Shown: positions 52,881-64,000, counted from the stretch's first letter. The stretch is 64,000 nucleotides of DNA from Isurus oxyrinchus (GCA_026770705.1 JANJGN010000026.1:34968001-35032000); one strand, 5' to 3'. Notes: generated by a model not told the origin, from the sequence alone. Translations and numbers: made by a program.

Positions 52881-53167
52881 ATCAACGACGGAATGAGACA
52901 GATAGACCCTCCAATGAAGAAAGTACCTGAGCTACCGAGAAAGACAGGGAGAAAGAGAAAGTCAGGGAAAATAATCGGCCCAGAAGCAATTGGTGCCCAA
53001 TTGTCATCAGTCTTGAGAGAGCAGCCAATCATGTCGCTGGGAAATGCCTTTCAGTTTCTCAATAAGTGAAGCTTGCCCCGATCCGAATTTCCTCTTTATC
53101 TCAGAACAGAGTGTCAACATATTTCTAATCTTATCTTACTTCATCCGAATTCTAATCCTGACACCAT

Positions 53168-53636
53168 ATGCTCCCAGTGCCCCTTAATGATAATAATGAT
53201 CTTACTGCCTGGTGAGTCAATGTTTAAATGGTCAGTGTCTGTTCCATTTGTTATATTCAATTCCAGATATTTGATACGTTCTGTGTTTTGTTCCAGGAAC
53301 AAATGGTCAAGATTCAGTGTCCCAGGATCCCCCTAAATTAGCGGCTCTTGAAGGACAAGGCATAAAACTGGAATGTATTTATTCGGCAGCTGGTGTAATT
53401 CTGTTCTGGTACATCCAGTACCCCGGGGAAGCTCCGAGATATTTAATGAAGATATATAGCTCGGGGAATGCAGAAAATTTCCAGATTTCCCAGATAGATT
53501 CTCCGCTGTTTTGCACAATGGGAACAAAACGGTTCCTTTAAATACCGCTGGGGCTTTTCTCTCCGACAGCGCCGTGTATTTCTGTGCCATGGAGCCCACA
53601 CTGCTGCAGAGATATAGCGTATCCCGTACAAAAACC
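53168..53636 (+). pseudogene. TRAV/TRDV: TCR alpha/delta-type V (leader to 53211, V exon 53297-53596, RSS 53597-53636), frameshifted
   Basis: QDSVSQDPPKLAALEGQGIKLECIYS...WYIQYPGEAPRYL / DRFSAVL...SDSAVYFCAME. 1-nt deletion near 53480; first ATG out of phase; CACACTG-24-ACAAAAACC. Confidence 0.88.
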
Positions 53637-53659
53637 CTGCTGGGAATTCCAGTCAGTGC

Positions 53660-53674
53660 TCAGCAGAGGGGGCT
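53660..53674 (+). promoter_or_regulatory. RSS-adjacent CTCF-like motif
   Basis: TCAGCAGAGGGGGCT, about 24 nt after the nonamer; one mismatch to the 58-kb copy. Confidence 0.5.
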
Positions 53675-53710
53675 GTCACACCGAAAAAACGGAAACAATT
53701 CAGCCTGTAA

Positions 53711-53931
53711 CTCTTTCGAGTACAAACACGTTTCCAACTGTTTCAGATGAAGTTACATTGTTTCATAGCTTGCCATTGTGAGATTTGAACTCTTGATACT
53801 CTTTCGAGCACAAACCCGTTTCCATCTGTTTCAGATGAAGTTACATTGTTTCACAGTTTTGCCATTGTGAGATTTGAACTCTCAATTTTGGTGTTACAAA
53901 CCCAGTACCATAACCACTTGGCTATTTAGGC
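53711..53931 (-). mobile_element. tRNA-derived SINE head with 88-bp tandem duplication
   Basis: - strand GCCTAAATAGCCAAGTGGTT...GAGTTCAAATCTC (A/B boxes); units start at 53711 and 53799. Confidence 0.6.
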
Positions 53932-54653
53932 CTGTAGGTGTCACATGGTCATTAATGAAATATCAAAACCAATCATAACGCTGAACAAGAACAGCTGAGC
54001 AGCAACTGAGGAATTCTATGAGTTGGGATTTTAGCACGCATCTATACTAAACATGAATTTCCCAAATTAATTTGTGGTGCGTTAATTCACATTTTGCCTT
54101 TTGATGATCTTTCCTTGCCTGTCGAGAATTATTGCCCCTTTCTCGATCTCCACTGTCTCTTTCAAAGTCTCTTTGGTCAACGCTGGCACATGTTGTCTAT
54201 TTGACCAGACTATTTTTCTGGTTCATGGAAGGTAGGTAGAAAATGAACACATTTCACAAGGGAATGATTGCGCTCTTTTAAACAAGCCCCAAGCACAGAG
54301 TTCCCTCAATGTGCATTGTCCTTTCGAGTGTCTGCTTGATATTTTCTTACACCATTCACAACCCGGTGTTTCTGTTTTTCAATAACCAGACAAGGGGATC
54401 CATCCCCACCCCTGTCCCTAATAATATAATATTTCCGTTATAAGGACACAGACAATAGCCCTGCTCGGGCTATTTACATTCACTGACAGCCGCTCCCCTC
54501 CGCTACCAAACCCCCCGCCCACCCCACCACCTACAGGTCTTAAAGAACCAACGGATACACAAGGGAATGAGGTGAGAGGGTCCCGAGAATAACAACCGAT
54601 TATTGATGGTTTCTGCTAATCTCAATTTCCCTTTCACAGAGCGGACAGCGACA

Positions 54654-55030
54654 ATGTCGGCAAGCAGCAATTGGGGTGTATGGGGAGTGACCGGGGTATT
54701 CCTGACAGGGAACAGTGAAATAAACACATTTCATCTCATTTTCAAAACATGGTTTCAATCTGAGTTTTAAACACTCTCCTGTATGAGCATTTTCTGTTTG
54801 ATCATGTGTTTCAGGTCTGAGTTATGGAGATCGTTACTCAGATACTGTCCTCAAATGTTAAGACTGAAGGAGAAGTAGCTGGTTTAAGTTTCACTGATGA
54901 TATTTCACGGAGTGAATGCGTTTTATTCTGGTACCGGCTGATCCCGATCGGGCTGTATTTACAGGGGCAGTCTTACTCATGTCTGCAGGCAATTGGTGAG
55001 ACAGACAACAGCAAAAGGACCGTTCAGACA
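54654..55030 (+). pseudogene. TRAV/TRDV: TCR alpha/delta-type V pseudogene, truncated
   Basis: Leader-like 54654-54708 with dead donor. Exon from 54815: GLSYGD-VTQILSSNVKTEGEVAGLSF...LFWYR...DNSKRTVQ. First Cys lost; no YYC or RSS. Confidence 0.7.
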
Positions 55031-55162
55031 GTCACACCTCTCTCTGAGTTAAGGAAGTGAACTGTGAAGAGCTCATCAGAAGCAGGGCACAACCGGGGTT
55101 TATGTTGGGAAGCAATCTCACTCCCCAGTACTTTGTGCTGTGCTTGGGAGCTCCTGCCTGTT

Positions 55163-55330
55163 GGGGTTTGTACAGAATCCAGGGCAGGTGCAGCCATAAT
55201 GTCCAGCGGCGCTGTCAGCAACTCAAACACACACTGAGAGAAAACCACATTCACCTCGGATCAAACCGGCAACAACTGTTTCCAGCAGCGGCCAAGAAAA
55301 CAAACTGCAGAATCCGACCCTACCGAACAC
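55163..55330 (-). pseudogene. 3' remnant of TCR-type V with degenerate 23-RSS
   Basis: GRILQFVFLA...VADSAAG (VYYC missing), then CATTATG-23-ACAAACCCC; paralog of 56985-57179. Confidence 0.6.
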
Positions 55331-55454
55331 ATGTCAAATAAATCTACAGGTTAAACCATCTTTCCTGTTTCTGATCAGCTTTTATTTCCCTTAAACTCCG
55401 AGCTCGATATTCAGATCAGCTCCGGGAAAGATGTTTCTGATCCTCAAACCAGAC

Positions 55455-55560
55455 CGTCTGACATCACACTGACTGCAGGGCGAAGACGTCTCACAGCTGC
55501 AGGGTGACGTCACACAGGCTGTGGGTGGAGTCTTACTGGCGGATGCTCTGACGCATGCGC
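55455..55560. promoter_or_regulatory. CRE-containing TCR V promoter
   Basis: Perfect TGACGTCA at 55505-55512 plus TGACATCA, AGACGTCT and TGACGCA, about 250 nt upstream of the leader at 55763. Confidence 0.6.
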
Positions 55561-55762
55561 ACTCCCCTCCCCCACGCCCCATCATGCTGAAGCTCCATCG
55601 CAGCTTCAGTTTGTGATCACAAGTCCCAGAGACTCCGGTCTGGCGGACGCAGTGTAACTGGTGTTGGGCTCAGTTTGATAGGGCACAGCGCTGCCTCCCC
55701 CGACAGCGCCTCTTGGCCTGAATCTGTTGAGAGTTACTTTACTGAAGTCGATAGGGTCCGAC

Positions 55763-56302
55763 ATGAAGCTGAGCCTCACTTTAGTGATCATCTCCCTGGA
55801 TTTCTTACTTTTCCCTCCGTGTTAGTGTGCTCACTATTCCTGACCAGAATATTTTATACATCCCTTATGTTGTTTTACATTGTACTTTACTTTATTGCAT
55901 ATCTTCTATTATCTTGTTCTTATTGTTCTATATTATAGTTTATTGTGCTAGATAATATTGATTTCATCTTATTACTCTATATCTACATATTCTTCTCAGA
56001 CTCCACTGACAGTGAAGAAATGTCACAATCTCCCAAGTCAGTGGTTGCTACCAAAGGAGAAACTTCATCGTTCAGCTGTTCCATTAGAGTAGGAGGACAG
56101 ATCCTACATTGGTACAGGCAACACCCGGACAGAACCGTGCAGCACCTGGCCAGTGTTCGGGACAGGATCACAGCTCGGCTGATTGCAGTAGAGAAGAGCA
56201 GTGCTCTGAATGTTAGTGATGCTCGAGTGACAGACACCACCACCTATTTCTATGCGGTTGGGACACAGTCCAGCAAAGATCAGTAGAGATCGTACAAACA
56301 CC
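55763..56302 (+). pseudogene. TRAV/TRDV: TCR-type V ORF (leader 55763-55820, V exon 56000-56263, RSS 56264-56302) lacking second Cys and CDR2
   Basis: MKLSLTLVIISLDFLLFPP|YSTDSEEMSQSPKSVVATKGETSSFSCSI...WYRQHPDRTVQHLASVRDRITA...TDTTTYFYAVG. Intact splice sites; CACAGTC-23-ACAAACACC. Confidence 0.85.
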
Positions 56303-56984
56303 TGCCAGCGAGACGCTGACGGATTGTAATCGGTACAGACATCAGAGCGGGCAGTCTCACTCCGGCTAAACAAAAGCAATAAAGGAGCCTCCACAGTGAG
56401 GGTCACAGGGACCTTCCTAAAACACCTAATAACAGCAGCAAAGAAGAAGAGCTGAGGAACACTTGCGCAATTATATTAGTTGATTTCAACTCGAATTTGT
56501 ACCATAATCGATTTTCATAAATCAATTTGATCACTTTCATTTACTTATTGCATTTTTATGCAGTTTCAGTGCCTGTCTGTAATATTGAACAACCCTTCCC
56601 CATTTATACACAATGAACCCAGCTCACCAGGCAGTGACTGTGATGTCTAAAACAAACTTCAGATCTCGAGTTCACCCACTGACCATTGAGCTTCAGAATG
56701 TTCCTTCAATGCTGGAATATTTTCTGTACCCATTAACAATCCCAAATTTGCTAGTGATAATGAACAGATCAGGATTGAACTCCACGCCCCCCCACCTCCC
56801 CACCCCCCCACCACGCCCATCTCTAAAAGTGCAGGATTTCCCCTATCTGACTGTAGTCCAGCTCAGGATTTTTCCATTCAATGTCAGTCAGCTCACCACC
56901 GAAGGATCTCACGGACCCATGGAGACACAAAGAAGTGAGATGAAAACTACCTGACACATAGCAGCAAACTATTAAGGGTGGGGA

Positions 56985-57179
56985 TTGGAATGGGTATCTT
57001 CAAATCTGATTCTGTCAGTCGGATCGGATTCTGCAGTTTATTCTCTCGGTCGCTCCTGGAAACAGTTGGGTGACAGTTTGATCTGAGGTTAAAGTGGTTT
57101 CCTCTCGGTGTGTGTTTGAGCGGTTGACAGCACCGCTGGACATTCTGGCTGCACCTGCCCGAAATTCGATGCAAACCTC
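56985..57179 (+). pseudogene. 3' remnant of TCR-type V with degenerate 23-RSS
   Basis: *FCQSDRILQFILS...VDSTAG (VYYC missing); CATTCTG-23-GCAAACCTC. Confidence 0.6.
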
Positions 57180-57199
57180 AACCGACAAGGATTCCCAGA

Positions 57200-57470
57200 A
57201 TGGAGTGAATAGAGTTTCACTAGGAAGGAAATACATATTGAGAAGTAAGATAATGATGATGAGCGGACTGAGGGTGTTCCGCAGGATGGTCCTCCTCTGC
57301 ATTGCTGCAGTCCGGGAAAACCTCTGTCAGAGCAGAAATACTGAGCCCGGCCCCACTGAACTGCCGGCCCAAACAATGCCAACTAGAACACAGGCAGCAT
57401 TCGGTCCAATAATAAGGCGGGTCAGAGAGGCGACAGCAAACGGAAGCTGTGGGCGGGGCTACATCAGGAA
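57200..57470 (-). pseudogene. Orphan V promoter plus leader exon (about 57239-57302), V exon missing
   Basis: MQRRTILRNTLSPLIIIILLL with donor mutated to atatgt; clearly homologous to 58550-58800. Confidence 0.65.
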
Positions 57471-58052
57471 GTCTTGTCACACATGGAATCCATTTGTAAG
57501 CAGCTGAAGTCAATAGTATTGTCCCCTTCGAAAATGACATAACTCTGCCTCTCTATAACAGCTGCGGCACTTTCATATTCATTCCATATTGGGGGAGAGC
57601 AGGGTGAGCACCGGCAAGTCAGAATTAGTAAATTATTCAATAATAAAGGGAATTATCATTAGCGACTTGGGATAAAACGAGGGTTGTATCTATGGGCAGC
57701 TGGATTAGTCTGTGTTAATGTTCAACAAGTATCAATGGTCTGAAACGGTTAAACTAAAGACAGGAAGAAGGGAATGTCTGAAATTATTCGTAACGGGTGG
57801 AGACAGAGGCTGAGAGAGAACAAGTCGGCAGGGAAACGCATCCAAGGAAAAGAAAGATGAGTTAAAGCACCATATATCGATTCGTAGTGTTCATTTTTCT
57901 TAGGTGTGAGAGTTGAAAACGCACATTGATATTACTGCTGAAGCGATCATTGTCAGTTCTTGTAAGGGGTTGTGTTTTGGTGCAATTTTAGGACGGTCTC
58001 TGTGCCTCCCACTGTGGAGGCATGATTATTGTTTCTATTTATGGGTGTGAGA

Positions 58053-58066
58053 GCGCCCTCTGCTGA
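58053..58066 (-). promoter_or_regulatory. RSS-adjacent CTCF motif
   Basis: TCAGCAGAGGGCGC, about 25 nt after the nonamer. Confidence 0.6.
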
Positions 58067-58091
58067 GCACTAACTGGAACTCTCAGTGTGG

Positions 58092-58622
58092 GGTTTTTGA
58101 ACGGGGTCCACGTCTCTGCAACAGTATGGGCTCTCTGGCGCAGAAATATACCGCGCTGTCAGAGATCAGGGCATTGCAGATCATTAGCTCGGTAATCTTG
58201 GCTGTTTTATTTAACATAGCTGAAAAGCGATCGGTCATGTCGGTGTGTCTGTATTGTTTCCCTCCCCGAATGTGAAGCATGTACTGTGGAGGCTACCCGC
58301 GGCGCTGACTGTACCAGTACACATAAGGGTTAGAATCGCTTGTTTTCAAGGTGCAAGTTAGTGTGACATTACTTTAATCTTCCGCCGTTATTTCAGCAAC
58401 TGGTTGTTCCACTGTCTCTGGGTGGCTCCATTCTAACATAAAACAATAGCAATAACAACAATCAGCATCAGCCTCATATAAGTAAACATAATCGTCATCA
58501 ACATCACCATTTTCTTACTAAAAACAACATCTTGGTTACAGCATCAGGAAGAGAATGGAGTTTTACTGGGAAGGAAATACTTACTGAGAAGTGATGAGGA
58601 GCGGAGCGAGACGGTTCCCCAT
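58092..58622 (-). pseudogene. TRAV/TRDV: TCR alpha/delta-type V pseudogene (V exon 58129-58432)
   Basis: ETVEQPVAEITAED*SNVTLTCTLKTSDSNPYVYWYSQRRG*PPQYML...DRFSA...SDSAVYFCARE. Two stops, frameshifted leader, CATACTG-21-TCAAAAACC. Confidence 0.88.
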
Positions 58623-59079
58623 GGAACTTCCTGAGTCTGCAACTTTGCAATGCAGGAAATTCTCTGCCGGAGCAGAAATACAGATCCCTGTCCCACTGCA
58701 CTGCTGACCCAACCAATGGCAGGGATGGACCAGCGGCAGCAATCACACCAATGCACAATCGGATCAGAGCAACAGCAGAAAACGGAAACTGTGGGCGCAG
58801 ACTGAATATTGAATGAAGTGTGCAGTGACTCTCAGCTGCACCTGGTACTGCTGAAGCGGAAATAGCGACGGTTGAATTTGCAGAATTCTCTAACCATCCT
58901 GCACCTGCTCACTGTTCAACTGACTGAAACCAAATAAGGTGTTTAGAATCTTAGAAGAAGGACTGAGTCACGTCTAGACTTCATGGAAAGAGTCACACAA
59001 TTCATCTTTCGTCTCCGCATTTTCCACATAGCCGGATATTCTGCAGTGGTTCCAGCTCTGAACAAATGGCAGTGAAATA

Positions 59080-61615
59080 AGAACATAAAACATAACATAA
59101 GAATATAAGAACGAGCAGCAGGTGTAGGCGATTCAGTCCCTCGAACCTGCCCAGCTATTCAATACGATCATGGCTGATTTCATTTCGGCCTCAACTGCAA
59201 TATCCCATCCTCTCCCCATAACCATAACCCATTACTAATTAAAAATCTGTCTATCTCCTCCTTCAATTTATTCAACGTCCTGGCATACATTGCACTCTGA
59301 GGTAGTGAATTCCACAGATTCACGGCCCTTTGAGAAAAGTAATTGCTCCTCATTTATGATTTAAATCTGCCACCCCTTAGCCTAAAACTATGGCCTCTCG
59401 TTCTAGAATGCCCCACAAGTGAAAACATCCGCTCCACGTCTACTTCATCTATTCCCTTTAGCATCTTCTATACCTCAATTAGATCTCCTCTCACCCTTCT
59501 AAACTCGAGCGAATATCGGCCTAAACCGTTTAATCTCTCCTCATAAGACAAGCCCCGCATCTCTGGAACCAATCTAGTAAACCTGCTCTGAACTGCCTTC
59601 AATGCAATTACATCCTTCCTCAAGTAAGCGTACCATAACTGTGCACAGTACTCCAGGTAAGGTCTCACCAATACCTTGAACAATTGCAACAACACTTTCC
59701 TATTTTTATCCACTATTCCTTTTGCAATAAATGCCAAAATTCCATTTTTCTTCCTTCTTACCTGCTGTACGTGCATACTAACTTTCAGCGATTCATGCAC
59801 GAGGACACCCGGATCCCTCTGCACTGAAGCATTCTCAAGTTTCTCTCCATTTAAATAATAAGTTGCCTTTTTATTCTTCCAACCAAAATTGATAACCTCA
59901 TCTGTGATAAACTCCATCTGCCAAATTTTGGCCCGTTCACCTAAGCTGCCCATATCCATTTGTAAATTTCTCACTTCTTCACTGCAACTTACTTTCCTAC
60001 TTACTTTGGTGTCATATGAAAATTTAGCTACAGTGCCTTCTATCCCTAAATCCAAGTCATTAATTTAGATTGTAGATAGTTGGGGCCCAAGGACCGAACC
60101 TTTTGGCACCCCACTAGTTACAGCTTGCCATCTAGAAAAAGAGCCATTTATCCAGAACCTCTGCTTTCTGTTGGTTAGCCAATCCTCTATCCAAACTAAT
60201 ATATAACCCCTAACTCCTTGTGATCTTACCTTGTTTATTAATCTTATGTGTGATACCTTATCAAATGCCTTCTGGAAGTCCAGATATACTACAACCACAG
60301 GATCCCCATTATCCACTTTGCTTGTCATATCTTCAAAGAACTCTAGAAAATTAGTCAAACACGAGTTACTCTTCATAAAACCATGTTGACGCTGATGGAT
60401 TGCATTTTGACTTTCTAAATGCCCCATTACTATTTCCTTAATAATGGATTCCAACAATTTCCCAACGACAGACTTTAAACTAACTGGTCTGTAGTTTCCT
60501 ACTTTCTACCTCCCCACTTTTTGAATAAGGGAGTTATATTAGCATTTTTCCAATCCACTGGATCCAGAAAATTTTGGAATATTATAGCCAATGCATCCAA
60601 TATCTCTGCTGCCACTTCCTTCAAGGTCCTGGGATGTAAGCCAGCTGGTCCTGGGGGCTTGTCACCCTTTAATCCCAATAGTTTGTTCAGTTCATTTTCT
60701 CTAGTGATGGTGATTGTTCTACGTTCCTCCTTCTCTATACCTTCTGCAATACCTGTTACTATTCGGGTGGCACTAGTCTCCTTCACTGTGAAAATTGGGG
60801 CAAAATATTGATTAAGCATCTCTGCCATTTCTGCATTCCCCACTATTAACTCCCCAGTCTCATCCTCTAAAGTGCTAACATTCGCTTTAGCTACTCTATT
60901 TCCTTTTATATACTTGTAGAAGCTTTTGCTCTCAGTCTTTACATTTTGTGCTAGTTTTCTTTCATTAGTTACCTTTTTTCTTTTTATTATTTTTTCAGTA
61001 ACCCTTTGTTGATCTTTAAACTTTTCCCAATCCTCCAGCCTGCCATTGAACTATGCAATTTGGTATGCCTTAGTTTTTGCCTTTAACTTCCTTGCTTAGC
61101 TGTGGATGCTCCCCGCCCCCTACCTCTTACCGTCTTTCTTCCTCTTTGAAATACATTTTCCTTGGGAGGAATTGAATACCTCCTTAATTATCTGCCACGG
61201 TTCATCAACTGTCGTACTTTGTCGTCTTCCTGCCCAGTCTACCAGGGCCAAATCTGCCCCCACGCCTATGTAGTTACCTTTGTTCAACTCCAGAACACTA
61301 ATGTGGGACTCAAGTTTCTCGCTCTCAAACTGAACCTGAAATTCTAGCATGCTATGGTCACTCTTCCCTAGAAGATCCTTTACTATGCGGTCATTAATTA
61401 ATCCCATGTCATTCCACAAAACCAAATCCAGTATAGCCTGCTCCTTCTTTGGTTCCACAGCATATTGCTCCAAGAAACAATCTCTCATATACTCCTTGAA
61501 CTCTCCCTCGAGGCTCCCTTGCCAATTTCATTAGTCCGGTCAATCTGCATATTACACTCACCCATCATTATTGCCGTGCCTTTCTTACGTGCTTCCAGTA
61601 TTTCCTGGTTTATAC
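59080..61615 (-). mobile_element. CR1 LINE, 2.5-kb ORF2 remnant
   Basis: Endonuclease end (AILDLVL...GKSDH) and RT motifs (QHGFMK, YLDFQKAFDKVSH, GVPKGSVLGP). Confidence 0.92.
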
Positions 61616-62085
61616 TGTAATAAATGAATATAATATTTCCCTCTTTTTTGCTCACAAAATGATGGTCTTGGATTTTCGAATTTTCTGCTAATGGAAACAA
61701 TTATACACAATATACCACATCAAATTTCTTATCTTTTTCAATATTTCGATTAAATGTCTCCTTTGATAATTTGACAGAAGAAGACTAATAACTGCTTCTC
61801 TAGCCTGCTTACATTGAGGACATCTCCCCTGGTACATTCCAATCTACTTTCTCCAACACCTTGACATTCATGTAAATGGTATTTCCTTGGTGGCTAAAGA
61901 GTGGGTTATAAAGAATTATCATTGCTTTCCGCCATAAACATCAAGAAAAATAAAGACCGAGTCTGATTAGATCCAATTTAGATTTCGAAGAGAACATATC
62001 TGACATTGGTGTTTTGATATGTGAATCAATGAACGCGAAATCCACTCGATGGTCGGAACTTCTAGAACGGATTGAACATAATCCG

Positions 62086-62140
62086 CCAGCAGAGGGCGCC
62101 AAACCCAAGCATGCTAATTAGAATGTCACGTGTCATCAAA
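62086..62140 (+). promoter_or_regulatory. CTCF motif and CRE/E-box-like element upstream of V leader
   Basis: CCAGCAGAGGGCGC (62086-62099) and TGTCACGTGTCATCA; separated from the leader by a CR1 3' fragment (62160-62450). Confidence 0.6.
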
Positions 62141-62576
62141 GCTAAAGCCAATAAAGATGGTACCCTGAGTAAGGTCTGTCAGAGTGAGAGGTCGCCCATT
62201 TAAAACAGGGATGAAGAGGAATTTCTTCCCTCAGTGATGGTGAATCTGTTTATCCCAAAGGACTGCAGAAGCAGGGCCGTTAAATATATCCAAGGCCGAG
62301 GACAGATTTTTAATCAGTAGGAGAATCAAGGGTTATGGGGAAAAGGCAGGAAACTGGAGTTGCATATTATGAGATCAGCCATGCTCTCGTTGAATGGCGG
62401 AGCAGATTGGTGGACTGAATGGCCTATTTCTGCACTTATAGTCTTATGGCAACAGTGGGCCTGGCCCCCTGCAGTGTGTGGGTGGAACAATGAGATGAAC
62501 AGAGCCCGGGTTCGCTCTCTCCTTCTCAATCTCTGGAACTTTCCATTCACATTCACTGAGAGAGTTTCACTCAGTC

Positions 62577-63077
62577 ATGTTTCTGATAATACTGGCGGCT
62601 CTGTTGGACAGTAAGTGCTGGATTATGTTTATCAATATAGATTAGCAGGTTGGTCCAAAGAGCTTGTACTAGGAATTAATGTAGGTAATCATAGTTTGGT
62701 AAATTGGAATTTACGAATACTCATAGAGTTCGATTGAGTCTCTTTAAATTTCTGCTCTTTTCTTCATCTATTTTCACAGGCAGACTATGTGCAGATCCAG
62801 TAACGTAATCACCGGTGACATTAACTGCGCTGGAAGGGGACTCGGTGCAGTTAGATTGTATATATACAGTATGCAATGGTATCGGCAGAAACCGGCACAA
62901 ACTGTAAGTTGGGTAATCAACAAACTAATAGGACTGAAAATAGTTGAAATCTCAGGACGATAACTGACGGCTGCTGACGCATCTAAGAAGTCCCGTTATC
63001 TCAAAATAAGTGGCCTGAGTGCGGAGAGCGCTCTGAGGCCCAGTGTCAGTTAAAAGCCGAAAACCTGTACAGAAAAC
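62577..63077 (+). pseudogene. TRAV/TRDV: TCR alpha/delta-type V pseudogene (leader 62577-62610, V exon 62780-63038)
   Basis: MFLIILAALLD|...DPVT*SPVTLTALEGDSVQLDCIYT / WYRQKPAQT...GR*...LKISGLSAESALR. Stops, frameshift, VYYC deleted; CCCAGTG-23-ACAGAAAAC. Confidence 0.85.
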
Positions 63078-63609
63078 TCAGCGAGTATTCACTACTCAGC
63101 TAAGTGTTTTTAATGTCTATCTGCGACTTTAGTTTGCTCCCGAGCTCACAGAGAACAAGAGCTGACAGGTTTATTTTGAAACGTTTGTATTGTTGTATTC
63201 GGCCTTGTCCAAATCAGCAGAGAGCCGGCCTGGGAAATTTTGAGACTCGACTCCATGGCCCGAGTTATAGCTCTTCAGTAAATGTCTCGGAGCTTACCCG
63301 AACATTTGATGTACCAAAAGATGTAGAGAAAGCTCACAGGCATGGAATAACTATAGCTGATCATTATGGTCTGTTCTCCCACACAGTTAACTCAACGGGA
63401 TCTTGGGACACTTGGTTGACACCACTCGTTACTGTAACAAAACAAAGAAGGTGTCAAAGTCTGGAATTGAATTTAACACATGAAATAGACAATGACGCTT
63501 TAAATATAGAATTAACAAACAGCATGACCGTTATCAGAAAGGGCCGTAGAGAGTACGTAGTGTCTGGTGTAGACTTCGACAGACAGTAACTGAATTTTAA
63601 ACGGCTTTT

Positions 63610-64000
63610 CAGGTGAGGAAGTGAGGTGATCGTGACTACCATTGATATCAAGGCCACATTTGATGGATTGTGACTTCAAGGAGCCCTAGCAAAACTGGAG
63701 TCAATGAGAATCAGGAGAAAATTCTCCGCTGGTTGGAGTCATACTTAACACAAAGGAGGATAGTTGTGGTTGTTGCAGGTCAGTCATCTCAGCTACAGGA
63801 GTTCCTCAGGGTAGTGTCCTAGGTCCAACCATCTTTAGCTGCTTCATCAATGAACTTCCTTCCATCATAAGGTCAGAAGTGGAGATGTACGCTGATGATT
63901 GCAAAATGTTCAGCAATTCGTGACTCCTCAGATACTGAAGCAGTCCATGTCCAAATGCAACAAGGCCTGGATAATATCCAGGCTTGGGCTGAAAAGTGGC
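63610..64000 (+). mobile_element. LINE RT fragment, runs off window
   Basis: [22 protein letters not shown]...MYADDC motif. Confidence 0.8.

Noticed and set aside
54654-55030. NAR-TCR supporting V delta (Cys in CDR1)
   Set aside because: It has a leader remnant, is heavily decayed, and no upstream NAR V-D-J block is visible.
55097-55135. Extra RSS (CAAAGTA-23-ACATAAACC) suggesting a D segment
   Set aside because: Heptamer lacks CAC and no facing 12-RSS exists; at most another V remnant.

Overview
Cartilaginous fish (shark) genomic DNA from an antigen-receptor region. Positions 440-18420 (- strand) hold a complete, unrearranged, apparently intact IgM heavy-chain cluster: L-VH-D1-D2-JH-Cmu1-Cmu2-Cmu3-Cmu4/secretory tail-TM1. 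RSS spacers are 23 / 12-22 / 12-12 / 23 and all splice phases join in frame. Its 10.7-kb J-C intron carries a CR1 LINE, a 1.65-kb repeat that is G-rich on the non-template strand, and a stray stearoyl-CoA desaturase (SCD5-like) first-exon fragment. Positions 53-63 kb hold about eight TCR alpha/delta-type V segments in both orientations, all damaged, several with adjacent CTCF motifs. One is an open frame with a VNAR-length CDR2 deletion. The interval between is mostly LINE/SINE/Penelope relics and a 27-bp satellite. It also contains two inverted copies of a decayed multi-C1-domain gene (20.8-21.45 and 50.3-51.1 kb) and a candidate lymphoid enhancer. The main point is an intact Ig cluster next to a TCR V array, a configuration that could supply IgHV-TCR delta chimeric receptors. 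Caveat: assembly gaps at 11325-11502 and 41014-41141 lie across these linkages. Family assignments rest on motif recognition, not database searches.
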